Below, in pieces: positions 51,086-64,000 of a stretch of 64,000 nucleotides of DNA. Under the pieces are notes generated by a model. The model did no database searches, was not told the DNA's origin, and was given only the letters and a program-made list of their open reading frames with translations. This DNA is from Lama guanicoe (Eukaryota). The stretch covers positions 578,370-642,369 of the forward strand of contig MU053513.1 in assembly GCA_013239625.1 (NCBI GenBank), given 5' to 3'. The position numbers and the translations under genes were made by a program. The first letter of the stretch is position 1. The number at the start of each line of letters is the position of its first letter.

Positions 51086-54000
51086 CTTAATGAACGTGCA
51101 GAAAGATGCGCATAGTTTAATCATCTCTCCATTGACAGACTGGCGTTATGTAAAGAGAGAAGGCTGCATTCCTCAATATTGGTCAGACGGTCTGGTTCCT
51201 TGCGTGTTATCTTTCAAAAAGTGTCGCCGTCAAAGGGAAAACTGGGGGCTTTGAAATTATAACAAGAGATCTCATCTTCCGCTACCTCTTCTTCCTTTAT
51301 TGTAAATTAATGAGAGCTTCAGATTAGTTTATTTTAATTAGGATTTACTTTAATTGAGTAAGGACAGGATTAAAGCTTACCCTGGAAAGAGAAAGACTCT
51401 TTGTCAATTGTCCTGTATTTTTTCGCAGAGAAATCTGTTTCTTGTAGTTCATAGGAGGAAGGCAATTGTTTTCTAGGACTAGTAACAGGAACAGATGTGC
51501 TTTTCAAGGTTACTGCTTTCCTAAACTCTTCAAATAAAGCTGAAAATTCATATGAATCTCATTAAGTGTAAATATGCTTGTCTTAAACTTTCAGCTGTTA
51601 CCTTGAAGTTGGAATGGATCTCTGAGCTCAACTAGTTAATAAGGGCTTGATTGGGGTAACTGAGATTTTAATTTTAAGGTTATAAAAATGTAAAGCAGTA
51701 TCAGCTTTCATATTTAATTGGATCCTTCAAAACGCCCACACTGACTGGTCTGTTATTTGATCTATTTGCTTTGAAAATCCATTGTATTTGGAGATGGATG
51801 TTTGGTTTTATTGCTTTGTGGTATTTCTTTCCTGTATTCTTTAATTACCTTGCTTGTTTTATGCTACTAACTTGGTGCTATATCACTCCTATTAGTGTTT
51901 GCAAGTTGAAGCACACACGTGTCACAAATTCTGACAGTAAATAATTAAAGTATTTAAATAAACTTGTGTATATGTTACAGTTCTCTAGTTGAACAAATTT
52001 GTAGAGCAAGATTTTATTCTGATCTATAATTATAGCTGCCAGTGACTGGCATGATCCTGACTAAGTCACATTAATTTACACATTAAGCAGCCATCTGTAG
52101 AAATTTTCATAGTACCTTATCTGCACTGGTATATATCACATGGGAATTCAGAAACTACCCTGGTCACTGGAGGGTTTTAAATACAATAGTTGCAGATTTA
52201 GAGCCATGAACAAGTTGTTCCAGACTTTTACATTTTTTTCTCTTTATTGCAAGGTTGTTTAATGATCCAAGAAAAGTCTACACCACTTTGGACTCCTAAT
52301 GACAGAAAAATTGATAAACAGAGCATTCTTTTTATTTTCTTAAGAAAATATTTTTGGCCCTATGTTGAATAACTTAACAAGGCTTATAGAACAGAACAGA
52401 GTTGCTGTCACTTCATTTGGAAAGAATAAATACCCTTAGTATTTGGGCCACAGTCACAAACTATATTGTAAATCTATCAGTATGCTTTTTTAAAGCAAAA
52501 TAAAATAATACTCTGTTATTGCTATATAAGGCTGATCTAAAAAAGGTAAAATTATTTAATGTCTGTAACAGAGATGTTATAAAAGGATGAAAGGTGTTTC
52601 AGGACCCAGATGGTTAATTTATATAATGCTATTGAAATTAAAAGCAAACATCATGCAAAGATTATTTGAAAATCAGAAGTGAACATTGTATTATATTTAG
52701 CAGTAGTCCATTTATGGGACGTTAAATAATTAGGAAAAAACTAGCTTAAATTATTCAGAACCACTCAAAGGTCATTGATTTAAAACACTAAAAATATAAA
52801 AAAAACTTCAGCCTCTGTAGGGAACATTTGTTCTATGTAAAGTTCATGGCTGGGTAATGTATTTCACACTTATAATTTATTTATCCTTCCTTCAGCTAGA
52901 GACATTGTGATGTATTTATAAATAAAGAAAAGGAAGAAGGAAAGAACGTACCAGAAAGAAAGCCCATTGATAGCACAATCAGAAAATAGTAGTAATGTTA
53001 ACTGTTCAGTTGAAGGATATAAATACAGGATAGAGAATTTTTAAATTTTAACCTTTATAATCTTCCAGAGGGATTTTTCATTTCACTGAACACTATAATG
53101 CCCCTTCCTACAAATTATTTTCATTATGTAAACCAATGTGCTTCCATAAATAGAAGTGAAGAATCTAACGCAGGAAAGAGAAGAAAAGGACTCCCAAAGA
53201 AAAATAGTTGGATGAAGGAAAGAGCTGCCCTAATGTGTCTACACTACATCATTTTATGAGAAGGGGTCATGAGTAATAAGACTTACCTGCGCTTCGTCTT
53301 GAACTGCTTTTACAGTGTGCACCTGAATGATACGACAGCAGGTAGAAGTCAGCACTTCTGCTGGTACAGACAAGTGTTCTTCCTTATGGAGCACAGGTCA
53401 TGCAGACTCTGGAACAGTCTGCTCTGTTCATCACTGTGTTGGTTTTCTATTTAGGTCTCCTATTTAGCTGATTTTTTTTTTATTATCCATACTACTTTTG
53501 GAGAAAAAATGATGAACCTCAAACAAATTTACCTACTGTTTAATTAACCACCAGAAAACAGTGTATCTTTTTTTTTTTATGTTTCATATATTGAGGGTCT
53601 TAACCAAGACTTGCAAGTCATCTGGTCAAGCTTATAAATTACTGATTCAGAAGAAGCGCAAAATAGAAATAAGACTCCTGGTCTGTCAACTCTAGACATC
53701 ACTCAAATACATTTGAAATATGCTTTAATTTTCATTTGGTTTCAAGATAGTGAACTGGTATAGAAATTCAACTTTGGTTGACCTTGCTTACTTGAGAATT
53801 ACCATAAACTTGGTCAAATTAGTCATTCCTGATAAGTATTAGTTTATAAACAACAAATATCAATTGATAAGATATCAAATTAAAGCATGGACCTCGCTGG
53901 AATTCATAGGCATTGTACTGTTTTTCATTAATATTCCTTCTCATCTAGGAAGATCGTTCTACTGTACAGCACGGTTAAATCTAGGCAGGATGGGAGTGTT

Positions 54001-54845
54001 TCTATTCTAATTTAAATAAAATAGATTCCCAATCTTAAAGCTGAAGTTTATATACTCCACCATTATACTCTGCTAATCAAATGAAGACATACTTATGGTC
54101 AATTTGGCCTGTTGAGTTCAGATAATTTTCTGGAATAGAGAAGATCAAACCCAGTAGGTCATCTGGCTGCTTTCTCAAATTAGAAAATGAAAATAGTTCA
54201 TCATCTTTGTGGACAAAAAGAGAGTCCCTCCCAAGGGACTCAGATTTTCAGCAATCTTCTTATTACAATTTCTCCTACCACTGACAAAGGTCTTGGCAAA
54301 GCACATAACATTCACAGAAAAGATAATATTGCATTTGCATTATTTTATTTGTAATACTGTATGTTATTTCTAAATGCTGTTCTTTTGGTCAGAGTGTAGA
54401 GTGTGGTAAAGCTCTGGGCATATTGACATCTTCATCTGGCTTTTAAAGTAGACCTAGAAGAAGAATGTGTAACACATCTCCTCACACAGAAAACAAAAAA
54501 CAAACAAGCAAACAAACAAACAAAAAAAATAAAATAACTTAAATTTCCTGTACTCCTCAAGACCTCAAGACACAGGAAAAGAAATGTATAGAATCTACTG
54601 AACAACTATATTATCTCTTGCTGAAATGATATTTGAGTTCAAGAACTTAGAAATTATAGCAATGAAGGTCAGAAAGAGTACTACTTTAGAAAAAGGCCTA
54701 TAATCGTGTTTCCTATTTCCTACCCCTGTTAAAGTGTTTGAAACAACAACAGTTCTGGGTTTGCTAGTCACTAAGATTTAGAAAAGAACTGTGAAATATG
54801 CTAAAATTTTGTATCATGTGGCAGGTGTATTTAGAATTTGTATGT

Positions 54846-55107
54846 ACTCAAGAAAGGGTTCAGAGTAATGATTGTGAAGATGATCAGAGAACTTGGTAGG
54901 AGCGTAGATGCACAGAACAAGAAGTTAGAAGTTTCTAGCAAAGAGTTAGAAAACATAAAGAACAACCAAACAGATCTGAAGAACACAATTACTGACATGA
55001 ATAACACACTAGAAGGAACCAAGAGTAGACTAAATGAGACAGAAGAACAGATCAGTGAGGTAGAAGACAGAGTAGTGGAAATCACTATCAAAAAACAGAA
55101 AAAAAAA
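54846..55107 (+). mobile_element. Isolated L1 ORF1 fragment (coiled-coil region of ORF1p)
   Basis: The ORF at 54838-55143 translates to 'FRVMIVKMIRELG...KELENIKNNQTDLKNTITDMNNTLEGTKSRLNETEEQISEVEDRVVEIT', a typical L1 ORF1p heptad region. Confidence 0.9.
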
Positions 55108-55489
55108 GTAGAATTAGTAATATTGCAACCACTTATTTCCTAGCCAATGTTGCTAAATTATGAATAATTAATTCTGGGCTTTATTGTGCTAGTTTGAGGT
55201 AATCATTGTATGAAACCTCAACATTTGATGGAAAGTTAGAAGTGATTCCACAGTCACAGAGCCAAGAATCCATGAGGTCTAGATAAAAATCACTGGAGAA
55301 TAAGAACACTGTGGTAATTATCCTCCCCAGTGAAAGAGGAGTAATGAAAATCTCCAGTGTTAATTTCTCGAGATGGCAAAAAGTTACCTCTCTTCTCCAA
55401 ACCAATAGTGAACTCTTAAAAAAAAAAGATCATTTTATTTAAACTTTATATAAAATAGAGATTTAAAAATAATCACAATGGGCTAAGAG

Positions 55490-56225
55490 AGCCTTTAAAA
55501 TAGAGAAAACAAGCATTACCAATAATAAATCAAACTGACATTGTATGAACTCTTAATGAGACACATCAGGCAGGGTCCAATGCCAACCATGTTGCATTCT
55601 TACCACAAATGTTTAATTGGCTTAAGTCATGAGACAGCAACTAGACAAATATAAATATTATATCACAAAAGCAGCTAAGTTGTAGTCTCCAAAAGTTTCA
55701 TTATTGTAAGAAAAATTTTAATAGCACTATTTTAGATGAAAAGAGACTAAATAAATAAAAAATGTTTAAAAAAAAAGAAAAGAGACTAAAGAGTTATAGT
55801 TATGACAGTTAACTATAACGTGTAATCCTTAATTGAATCTTGGCTCAGTACAACAACAATGAAATGGCTACAAAGGACATCATCATTGGGACAACTAAGG
55901 CCATTTAATAATGGACTGTACAGAAAATAAGCCTGTTTTATCAATTTTTAAATCTTTGAGAGTTGTAGTTATGTAATTATTATAATTATGTGGGAAAATA
56001 TCCTCATGCTTTTTCTAATTTTGAGAGCTATACACAGAAATATGTAGAATCACAGTTAAAGCCACTTATTTAAAAATGGTTCAGCAAAAATATGTAGGGG
56101 GTGGTGTAAAGAAAGTGGTAAAACGTTAACAATTAGTAGATGTAGCTGCAGAAATATGAGTGTTTATATTATACTGTTCTTTCAGCTTCGCTGTTAGTCT
56201 GAAATTTATCAAAGCAGAAAGTCAA
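55490..56225 (+). mobile_element. Ancient L1MC/ME 3'UTR fragment
   Basis: 'aagagactaaagag...atgacagttaa...cgtgtaatccttaattgaatcttgg...aaggacatc...ttgggacaact...atggactgta...aaatttatcaaa'. Confidence 0.7.
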
Positions 56226-56942
56226 GGGGGAAGAGAGTTTTTCCACGGCATTGTAAATTGTGAGGTCAAGTTACCCATAAGTTCTAAATCTTTTTTCCAG
56301 AGAAGTACTATTGAGCACTTACATTCTTGAGCAATGGCTTCAATGCCAATTGTAAGTTCTAATTAATGCCATATGACAAGGTGGAGTAATTTACAATCAA
56401 TTCTTGGAGTGTGACTGTTGATCAGCTTTGACATTGTGCTTTCTGCATCTCAAAAGTAAAGCTCTGGACAGTGCAGAAACAATATATGGTAGCAAAATAT
56501 ACTGAGAGTTTATGTTGTTAGTAATAAGCAAGACGGAATCAATAAATATTTTAGAGCTTGAGAAACACAACTTAGGGTGACTTTGTATGGAGTGAGCATC
56601 AAGGAAAAAAAAATGCAATAGATGGCACAAGTTGAAGTGAAGAAGCCAGAGGTATAGTAATTTTTTTTTAGTTAAAAGTACTGAGTATCCATGTGAACAG
56701 ATCCAAATTGGGGTACTCTGCCTGGCAAGTAGTAAGTTATCAATAAATGTTTCCTGAATAAATTAGTGACCCTATGAAAGAAAAGTGAGTGATTACACAC
56801 CATCACTCTGAGTTATTGTTTATGTTTTTTTTTCATAAGCCATACTGAGAACTATTAGTGTGGAGGTCATTTTGATTTCCCAGAGAAAAATAAACATAAG
56901 AATATTTTACTGCACCTGCCATCAACTCTACCTGGGCTCTGC

Positions 56943-59900
56943 CTGCACGCCTTAGTATGCACTCTTTGGTGAGGGAGACTTTCAGAAAGAATAATATTGG
57001 AAGAATTAGTTCAAAATGAAATCACTGTCACTTTCTTCATCAACCTCTAGCACATTGCTTTTTTATGCTTATTTATTCAAAACTTTCTGATGTTCAGAAA
57101 AATAATTAATACAGCATGCATTGTCTTCTTTAAGTTGGCTATCAGATTCTTTCTTTGGTTCAGAATTAACAGAAGAGCTTTTAGGTATAGATATTGAAAG
57201 TTTTGCAAGACTTTCATTGTAGTTTTTCATTTATCAAGAGTTGTTCAGGGGTACTGATACGGACAAAATAATTAGAAGCAAAATATATAAAGCACAATGA
57301 ATCTCAACTGACAGACCCTCACATTGAAAGTAGTTTCACAGGAAATTGAAAGGAAATGAATGTTGTTGGATAGCGCTGGCTACTGGGTTATATACTATCT
57401 GGGAAGAAAATTCTGTAAACATAATTGAAATGTCTCTCTAAGTTGATATTTTGAATTCTGTTACAATCAGGTGTCTTCTCCACCGACTACAAATTCTCAG
57501 GATGATGTCTGTGTCTTTGGCTAACTTTCAATGAGCAGCTTTTTAAAAGAATCCTTTTTCCACTAATTGTCATCTAATCTCAGAAAGGCATCAGATAACA
57601 TTCATAGAATTTGGTATCTTAAAAGATACTGACAAATGATGTGATTTATTTTCTTGATTTTCAGATGAGGGAGCTGAGGCATAGAAAAGTGAAGTGATTA
57701 GTCTAAGATCTAGCTAATGGCAGATTCAGGACCAGATTCAAGATCTTGGTAAACTAGTTCAGTGCCCTAGTTAGTACATTAAACTGTCTTACATTCATAA
57801 CTTTGTTCTTTGAGGGTCAAAATAATCCTTTCTTGCCTATAAGGTTTTACCTTTTCAATTATTAAGTTTTCTCAGTACAAAAAAAGAAGAAGAAAATACC
57901 ATTGACTTTGACTGATATAATGTGAGAAGAACTGTAGCAATGAAGATTGTAAGAAAAAATAAGGGGGATTACCAATTATGGAAATTTCCAAGCATGCAAT
58001 CAAGATGGAAAACTCAAATCTTAGATTTAATAAGAAATAGCATGAAGCGGCTACACATTATCAGATTCTGGCAAGAACTCTGAAGGTGAAATTAGAGTCA
58101 CTGATTAATTTCTAAAACACTTAACTCCCTTAGAGATGCTAATTTGGCAGTGTTTCCAATCAGAAAATATCCTGGTATGAGCTAACGTGAAGTTTAGAGG
58201 AGTCCCTGAGTAATCAAACTCCAGACAACTTGTGGAATGAAATTCTCAACATGACACTATCTGTGACTGTCTGTTAGGTTAAAACAAACAAACAAACTCC
58301 TTTTGAAAAACGAATTTGCTTAATAACAACCATGACAAAAATTGTAGAACTAGTTTTTCTTTCACCAACTAGTTTTCTGAAGATGGAGTAACATAAATTT
58401 CTTTCCTGGATATCTTGTCTATGTCCCCGCCATGCTCTTCAGAATGGTGAGTATATTCTTACACCTTTATTACATTTCAAAATTTTCAAAAACATTGCAT
58501 TTCATCTTCACAGCAATATTGGATGGCAGTATCATTTGACAAGCAAAGGAGTTGATTCTCGATGAGTTTAAATAATTTGTCGAAGGGACATTACTAATAA
58601 ATTAACAAAGCTGGAATTTAAAAACAATCCTATGGAATGCAAGCCTGAGCAAGGTTTTTTATTTATTTATCTATTTATTTATTTTTCTCCCTTCAGGGTC
58701 ACACAGTTCAGAGTACAGCAGTCACGATCCTGTGTCCTTATAGGACACCAGACTATTGCAACAGCAAGTAATTACACTTACATAAGACCTGAGATTCAAT
58801 GTAGCCAGAATCAAGTGGACACTAGTCCCAGTAAAGAAAAGAAAACAAGAGCAATGATTTGAATTAGATATAAATTAGAAAATGATCTATTTTCGCCTTT
58901 ACTTGACTTAAAATAGTTGAAGGAGGCAGATGAAAATTTGAAAATCTCTCTGTCTCTCCTCTTCCAAGTAAAAACTATAAAATATAACTAGAGATTGTAA
59001 GAGAATTTTTAAAAATTTTTAACTTGTGCATAATTTATTTTTAAACAGTCTCTATGTGGTTTTAAAATTGATACCAGATATAAAAGGAGAATGTAAGCTG
59101 ATAGCAATCTAATCCAGCAATTCCAGCAAGCTAGGGAAGTAAGTCAGACTCTTTTTCATCCTCTCTCTTCCTGGCTGTATTAAACCTGTCCCATCCAGAG
59201 CTCCATGGAAATTCATCTTAAAACTCTTCACTCCACTGCACGCCTTAGTATGCACTCTTTGGTGAGGGAGACTTTCAGAAACAATAATATTGGAAGAATT
59301 AGTTCAAAATGAAATCACTGTCACTTTCTTCATCAACCTCTAGCACATTGCTTTTTTATGCTTATTTATTCAAAACTTTCTGATGTTCAGAAAAATAATT
59401 AATACAGCATGCATTGTCTTCTTTAAGTTGGCTATCAGATTCTTTCTTTGGTTCAGAATTAACAGAAGAGCTTTTAGGTATAGATATTGAAAGTTTTGCA
59501 AGACTTTCATTGTAGTTTTTCATTTATCAAGAGTTGTTCAGGGGTACTGATACGGACAAAATAATTAGAAGCAAAATATATAAAGCACAATGAATCTCAA
59601 CTGACAGACCCTCACATCGAAAGTAGTTTCACAGGAAATTGAAAGGAAATGAATGCTGTTGGATAGCGCTGGCTACTGGGTTATATACTATCTGGGAAGA
59701 AAATTCTGTAAACATAATTGAAATGTCTCTCTAAGTTGATATTTTGAATTCTGTTACAATCAGGTGTCTTCTCCACCGACTACAAATTTTCAGGATGATG
59801 TCTGTGTCTTTGGCTAACTTTCAATGAGCAGCTTTTTAAAAGAATCCTTTTTCCACTAATTGTCATCTAATCTCAGAAAGGCATCGCATAGCATTCATAG

Positions 59901-61539
59901 AATTTGGTATCTTAAAAGATACTGACAAATGATGTGATTTATTTTCTTGATTTTCAGATGAGGGAGCTGAGGCATAGAAAAGTGAAGTGATTAGTCTAAG
60001 ATCTAGCTAATGGCAGATTCAGGACCAGATTCAAGATCTTGGTAAACTAGTTCAGTGCCCTAGTTAGTACATTAAACTGTCTTACATTCATAACTTTGTT
60101 CTTTGAGGGTCAAAATAATCCTTTCTTGCCTATAAGGTTTTACCTTTTCAATTATTAAGTTTTCTCAGTACAAAAAAAGAAGAAGAAAATACCATTGACT
60201 TTGACTGATATAATGTGAGAAGAACTGTAGCAATGAAGATTGTAAGAAAAAATAAGGGGGATTACCAATTATGGAAATTTCCAAGCATGCAATCAAGATG
60301 GAAAACTCAAATCTTAGATTTAATAAGAAATAGCATGAAGCAATATTAGCGGCTACACATCATCAGATTCTGGCAAGAACTCTGAAGGTGAAATTAGAGT
60401 CACTGATTAATTTCTAAAACACTTAACTCCCTTAGAGATGCTAATTTGGCAGTGTTTCCAATCAGAAAATATCCTGGTATGAGCTAACGTGAAAAAGTTT
60501 AGAGCCTGAGTAATCAAACTCCAGACAACTTGAGGAATGAAATTCTAAACATGACACTATCTGTGACTGTCTGTTAGGTTAAAACAAACAAACAAACAAA
60601 CTCCTTTAGAAAAACGAATTTGCTTAATAACAACCATAACAAAAATTGTAGAAGTAGTTTTTCTTTCACCAACTAGTTTTCTGAAGATGGAGTAACATAA
60701 ATTTCTTTCCTGGATATCTTGTCTATGTCCCCACCATGCTCTTCAGAATGGTGAGTATATTCTTACATCTTTATTACATTTCAAAATTTTCAAAAACATT
60801 GCATTTCATCTTCACAGCAATATTGGATGGCAGTATCATTTGACAAGCAAAGGAGTTGATTCTCGATGAGTTTAAATAATTTGTCGAAGGGACATTACTA
60901 ATAAATTAACAAAGCTGGAATTTAAAAACAATCCTATGGAATGCAAGCCTGAGCAAGGTTTTTTATTTATTTATCTATTTATTTATTTTTCTCCCTTCAG
61001 GGTCACACAGTTCAGAGTACAGCAGTCACGATCCTGTGTCCTTATAGGACACCAGACTATTGCAACAGCAAGTAATTACACTTACATAAGACCTGAGATT
61101 CAATGTAGCCAGAATCAAGTGGACACTAGTCCCAGTAAAGAAAAGAAAACAAGAGCAATGATTTGAATTAGATATAAATTAGAAAATGATCTATTTTCGC
61201 CTTTACTTGACTTAAAATAGTTGAAGGAGGCAGATGAAAATTTGAAAATCTCTCTGTCTCTCCTCTTCCAAGTAAAAACTATAAAATATAACTAGAGATT
61301 GTAAGAGAATTTTTAAAAATTTTTAACTTGTGCATAATTTATTTTTAAACAGTCTCTATGTGGTTTTAAAATTGATACCAGATATAAAAGGAGAATGTAA
61401 GCTGATAGCAATCTAATCCAGCAATTCCAGCAAGCTAGGGAAGTAAGTCAGACTCTTTTTCATCCTCTCTCTTCCTGGCTGTATTAAACCTGTCCCATCC
61501 AGAGCTCCATGGAAATTCATCTTAAAACTCTTCACTCCA
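56943..61539 (+). repeat. Head-to-tail tandem duplication: copy 1 56943-59235 (2293 bp), copy 2 59236-61539 (2304 bp)
   Basis: Both copies begin 'ctgcacgccttagtatgcac' and end 'cttaaaactcttcactcca'. The same 76-aa ORF appears at 58632 and 60936. About 99% identical by eye. Confidence 0.98.
57600..57790 (-). mobile_element. MIR (second copy at ~59893-60083 within the duplication)
   Basis: 'attttcagatgagggagctgaggcatagaaaagtgaagtgatt...ctaatggcagattcaggaccag'. Confidence 0.75.
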
Positions 61540-61579
61540 ACTATTCCTCTGTCAATATCTTACTGTCTTAAGGCTAATC

Positions 61580-62222
61580 ATTTCATACATTGAAATATAT
61601 ATATATATATATATATAAACATTTTGAGAGCCTTCTACACACCAATTTTCCAGGCACTTTGGGGTATGCTGTTGAACAAAACAGAAAATTCCTACCTTAA
61701 GTCCTAGCAGGGGAGAAGGACAATAAGCACAATTTAAAAAGTAAATTTAGAGAGTGACAAAAGCTCTGGGGGATAAAAGGTGAGCGGGCTATTGGGGATC
61801 GTGAGTACTAGGTGGAGGTAGATGTTTGCAATTTTAAATACGGGGATCAGGAAAGTCCTCAGTAAGATGACACTTGAGCCAAGATTGAAAAGCAAGGAAG
61901 GAATCAACCCTGCATTGATGGAGCAAAGTTCGGAAGATGCACGCATATCTGGCACGTCTGAGGACCAGCAAGGCCAGTGGGGCTGGAATGAAGAAAGCCA
62001 GGGCAAGCAGGAGATGGGGCGCAAGAGAGCTCAGGCAGGTGACAGGAACATTGAGCTACTGACTACAAGGATTTTAACTCTGAATGATTTGGAGAATCAA
62101 TTACAAGAGTTGGACAAAGAAGTCACGTGACTGGATTTGGTTTTTAAAAACATATCTCTAGCTGCTCTGTTGTGATTCTATTTTAGGAGGCAAAGATAGA
62201 ACAAGAAGGCCAGTTAAGAGAC
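61580..62222 (-). mobile_element. L2 fragment with an internal (TA)n run
   Basis: 'caggcactttgggg...gaacaaaacag', 'atcaggaaagtcctc...gatgacacttgagccaaga', 'cagcaaggccagtggggctggaat', 'ctagctgctctgttg'. Confidence 0.8.
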
Positions 62223-62334
62223 CAAAAATGTAGAATTTCCTTTCTGGTTTTAGCTATAAAAATAAACTTTCGTTAAGTCTTAGTCTTTTCAGTCCATCCA
62301 AGTCTTTCAGTCCATCCATCAGCCTGACCCCAGT

Positions 62335-62917
62335 TATTTGCTGAACTACAGGTCTGATCATGTGACTTGCCTATTTCAAAATTTCAGTGGTTCCTCCTTG
62401 CCTTCAAAATTATGTCCAACCTCTTCATACAAATCTCTTCTCAATCTGACCCCAATCTAGTTTTCCAGATTAATCTTCAACTCCTTTCCCGGCTCCTGAA
62501 GTGTTCGCTTTAGTTATAAAAAGTTGGCTGCTATTTCCTGAACATGCCATGCTCCATCTTGCCTCTGTGCCTGCGAGCTTGTCACTCCCACTGGTAAGAA
62601 AATGCATTTCTTTCTTCTGCCTAGTGAAACTTCAGTTTTCTTATTGAGATTCAACTCAAACACGATCACTTCTGTGAGACTTCCTTGACTCTCTCACTAG
62701 ACTGAGTCTTCTTTCACTACATTCCACTGTCCTTCATATGTGTCCCTCCTAGCCCTGTTACATCAAAGCTATTTCTCCATGCATCTACCTCCTGAATAGA
62801 CCACGAGCTTTGTGATGGCAGAGAATATGACCTGGCTGTTTCTATATCCCATGTCTTGAGTTATAGCCCATCACAGATTAGTATCAAATAATTGTTTTCT
62901 CTTAAACGAGTGAATAA
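62335..62917 (+). mobile_element. L2 3' fragment
   Basis: 'tctgatcatgtgact...ttcagtggttcc', 'ttcctgaacatgccatgct', and tail 'tagaccacgagctttgtgatggcag...gagtgaata'. Confidence 0.8.
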
Positions 62918-63254
62918 GTAAAAATCATTTTTAACATGAGGTCTACAATCTTAAAGATCACATGTTTCAGAGTTACTCAAACATAAAACTGCAAAATTAA
63001 GCTCTTAAGAAATTTAGAGTGGCATAGTCAAAAAGAAAATAATTTACACTTTTTATATTTACTTTCAGCTGTGAATCTAGTTTAGTGAAAATCTATGTCC
63101 CAGATATGTGCTCTTGGTAAATTATAAATTTTCTCTCAAGCCCTGGTTCAAATGATATCTCTTTTTAAAATACTTCTTTGTTAGCTGGTCCATGCAATTA
63201 CTATGGACACAAAGATAAATAAATAATATTATCTGCCCACTAAAAATTCATCAA

Positions 63255-63830
63255 AAAATGGTCAGGCATACACAAAGCAGCCATCTGGATAAATGAGGGG
63301 TGGCATTGCAAATCGTTGGGGAAAGGATCTTCAACAACTGGTTACGGAAACAAGATTCCCACCTGGGGAAAAAAACAAATTTCCTTATGAGTAAATAATA
63401 TAAATGAGAAAGAAAATTCAAAACTTTTGGAACGTGACAAGTTTTTTTTTCTTTTTTATCTCAAAATAAGAATAATATTTTAAATAAGATATAAAAATTA
63501 TATACTAAAGAGGAGAGTTATTAAACTTCACTCTAGCAGCATAATAAGAGATTATTATAACAAAAAATAAAGATATTACAATAATGATGTTTTAAGCTGA
63601 TTTAAATGATGAAACTAGAAGAAGATTTTGACAAAATTTGTGACATCTAGAAGATACGCAGGAGGATTACACATAAATAAGGAGAAAAACACACATTGCA
63701 ATGGGAAATGGGCAAAGGACATGCACAGGCAATGCACAGTAGAGGCAAGTGCACATTCTTACCTAGAAAATAAGCAAAGACCTAGAAGACGCACTTCCGT
63801 ACAATCACAATGACAATAAGGTAACGCCAT
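63255..63830 (+). mobile_element. Ancient L1M ORF2 fragment
   Basis: 'gtggcattgcaaatcgttggggaaagga...tcaacaactgg' and 'aaatgggcaaaggacatgcacaggcaat'. Confidence 0.65.
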
Positions 63831-64000
63831 TAAACATGCAAGCCGATAGTCTTTGAATTTTTCTTGCCTGCTACTTTTCTAAGCATTTTACATGTATGCA
63901 AACTCTATTACTGTGCATGCAGTGCAATTTTAAGACTGTAGTGCAAGTAATTTCTATATCTGACAGCATTTTTGTGTTGTAAGAACTGTTGTTATTCCCT

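Noticed and set aside
54838..55143. Coiled-coil ORF as a cellular gene or domesticated protein
   Set aside because: It is an L1 ORF1p fragment lacking the RRM and C-terminal domains, with no promoter or splice evidence.
58632..61166. Two identical 76-aa ORFs suggesting a duplicated gene
   Set aside because: They result from the tandem duplication. The ORF crosses a (TTTA)n repeat and shows no coding signature.
62282..62318. Small direct duplications (also near 43155, 44692 and 45388)
   Set aside because: Ordinary replication-slippage duplications of two units; not an array and not CRISPR-like.
1..64000. CRISPR arrays, operons or other prokaryote-type systems
   Set aside because: The sequence is mammalian non-coding DNA with no repeat-spacer arrays or dense coding regions.

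Overview
This is AT-rich mammalian non-coding DNA, most likely from a camelid. Three tRNA-derived SINE copies resemble the camelid Vic-1 family, there are many cetartiodactyl-type L1 3' ends, and I saw no Alu, BovB/Bov-A or PRE-1 elements. About a third of the window is recognisable interspersed repeat (L1, L2, L3/CR1, MIR, MaLR/ERVL LTRs, hAT MITEs). A CpG island at ~20.1-20.5 kb, several minus-strand splice donors and one candidate internal exon (1154-1263) suggest the 5' end of an unidentified minus-strand gene with several promoters; 21-64 kb would be upstream or intergenic. No cellular protein-coding gene can be named, and the only ORF with a recognisable product is an L1 ORF1p fragment. 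I found no new biological system. The most notable items are: (i) a ~330-bp mini-L1 with a target-site duplication (TSD), in which the 5'UTR start is fused to the 3' end at an AG boundary (possible spliced or non-autonomous L1); (ii) a 2.3-kb tandem duplication with clustered differences, either a real duplication or a haplotype assembly artefact; (iii) two 5'-inverted L1s, one in a MIR>L1>SINE nest; (iv) an isolated ORF1 fragment and a nearly tail-only insertion, both with TSD-like flanks; (v) E-box clusters near the candidate promoters. Repeat family names and boundaries were read by eye from remembered consensus sequences and need RepeatMasker/Dfam confirmation.
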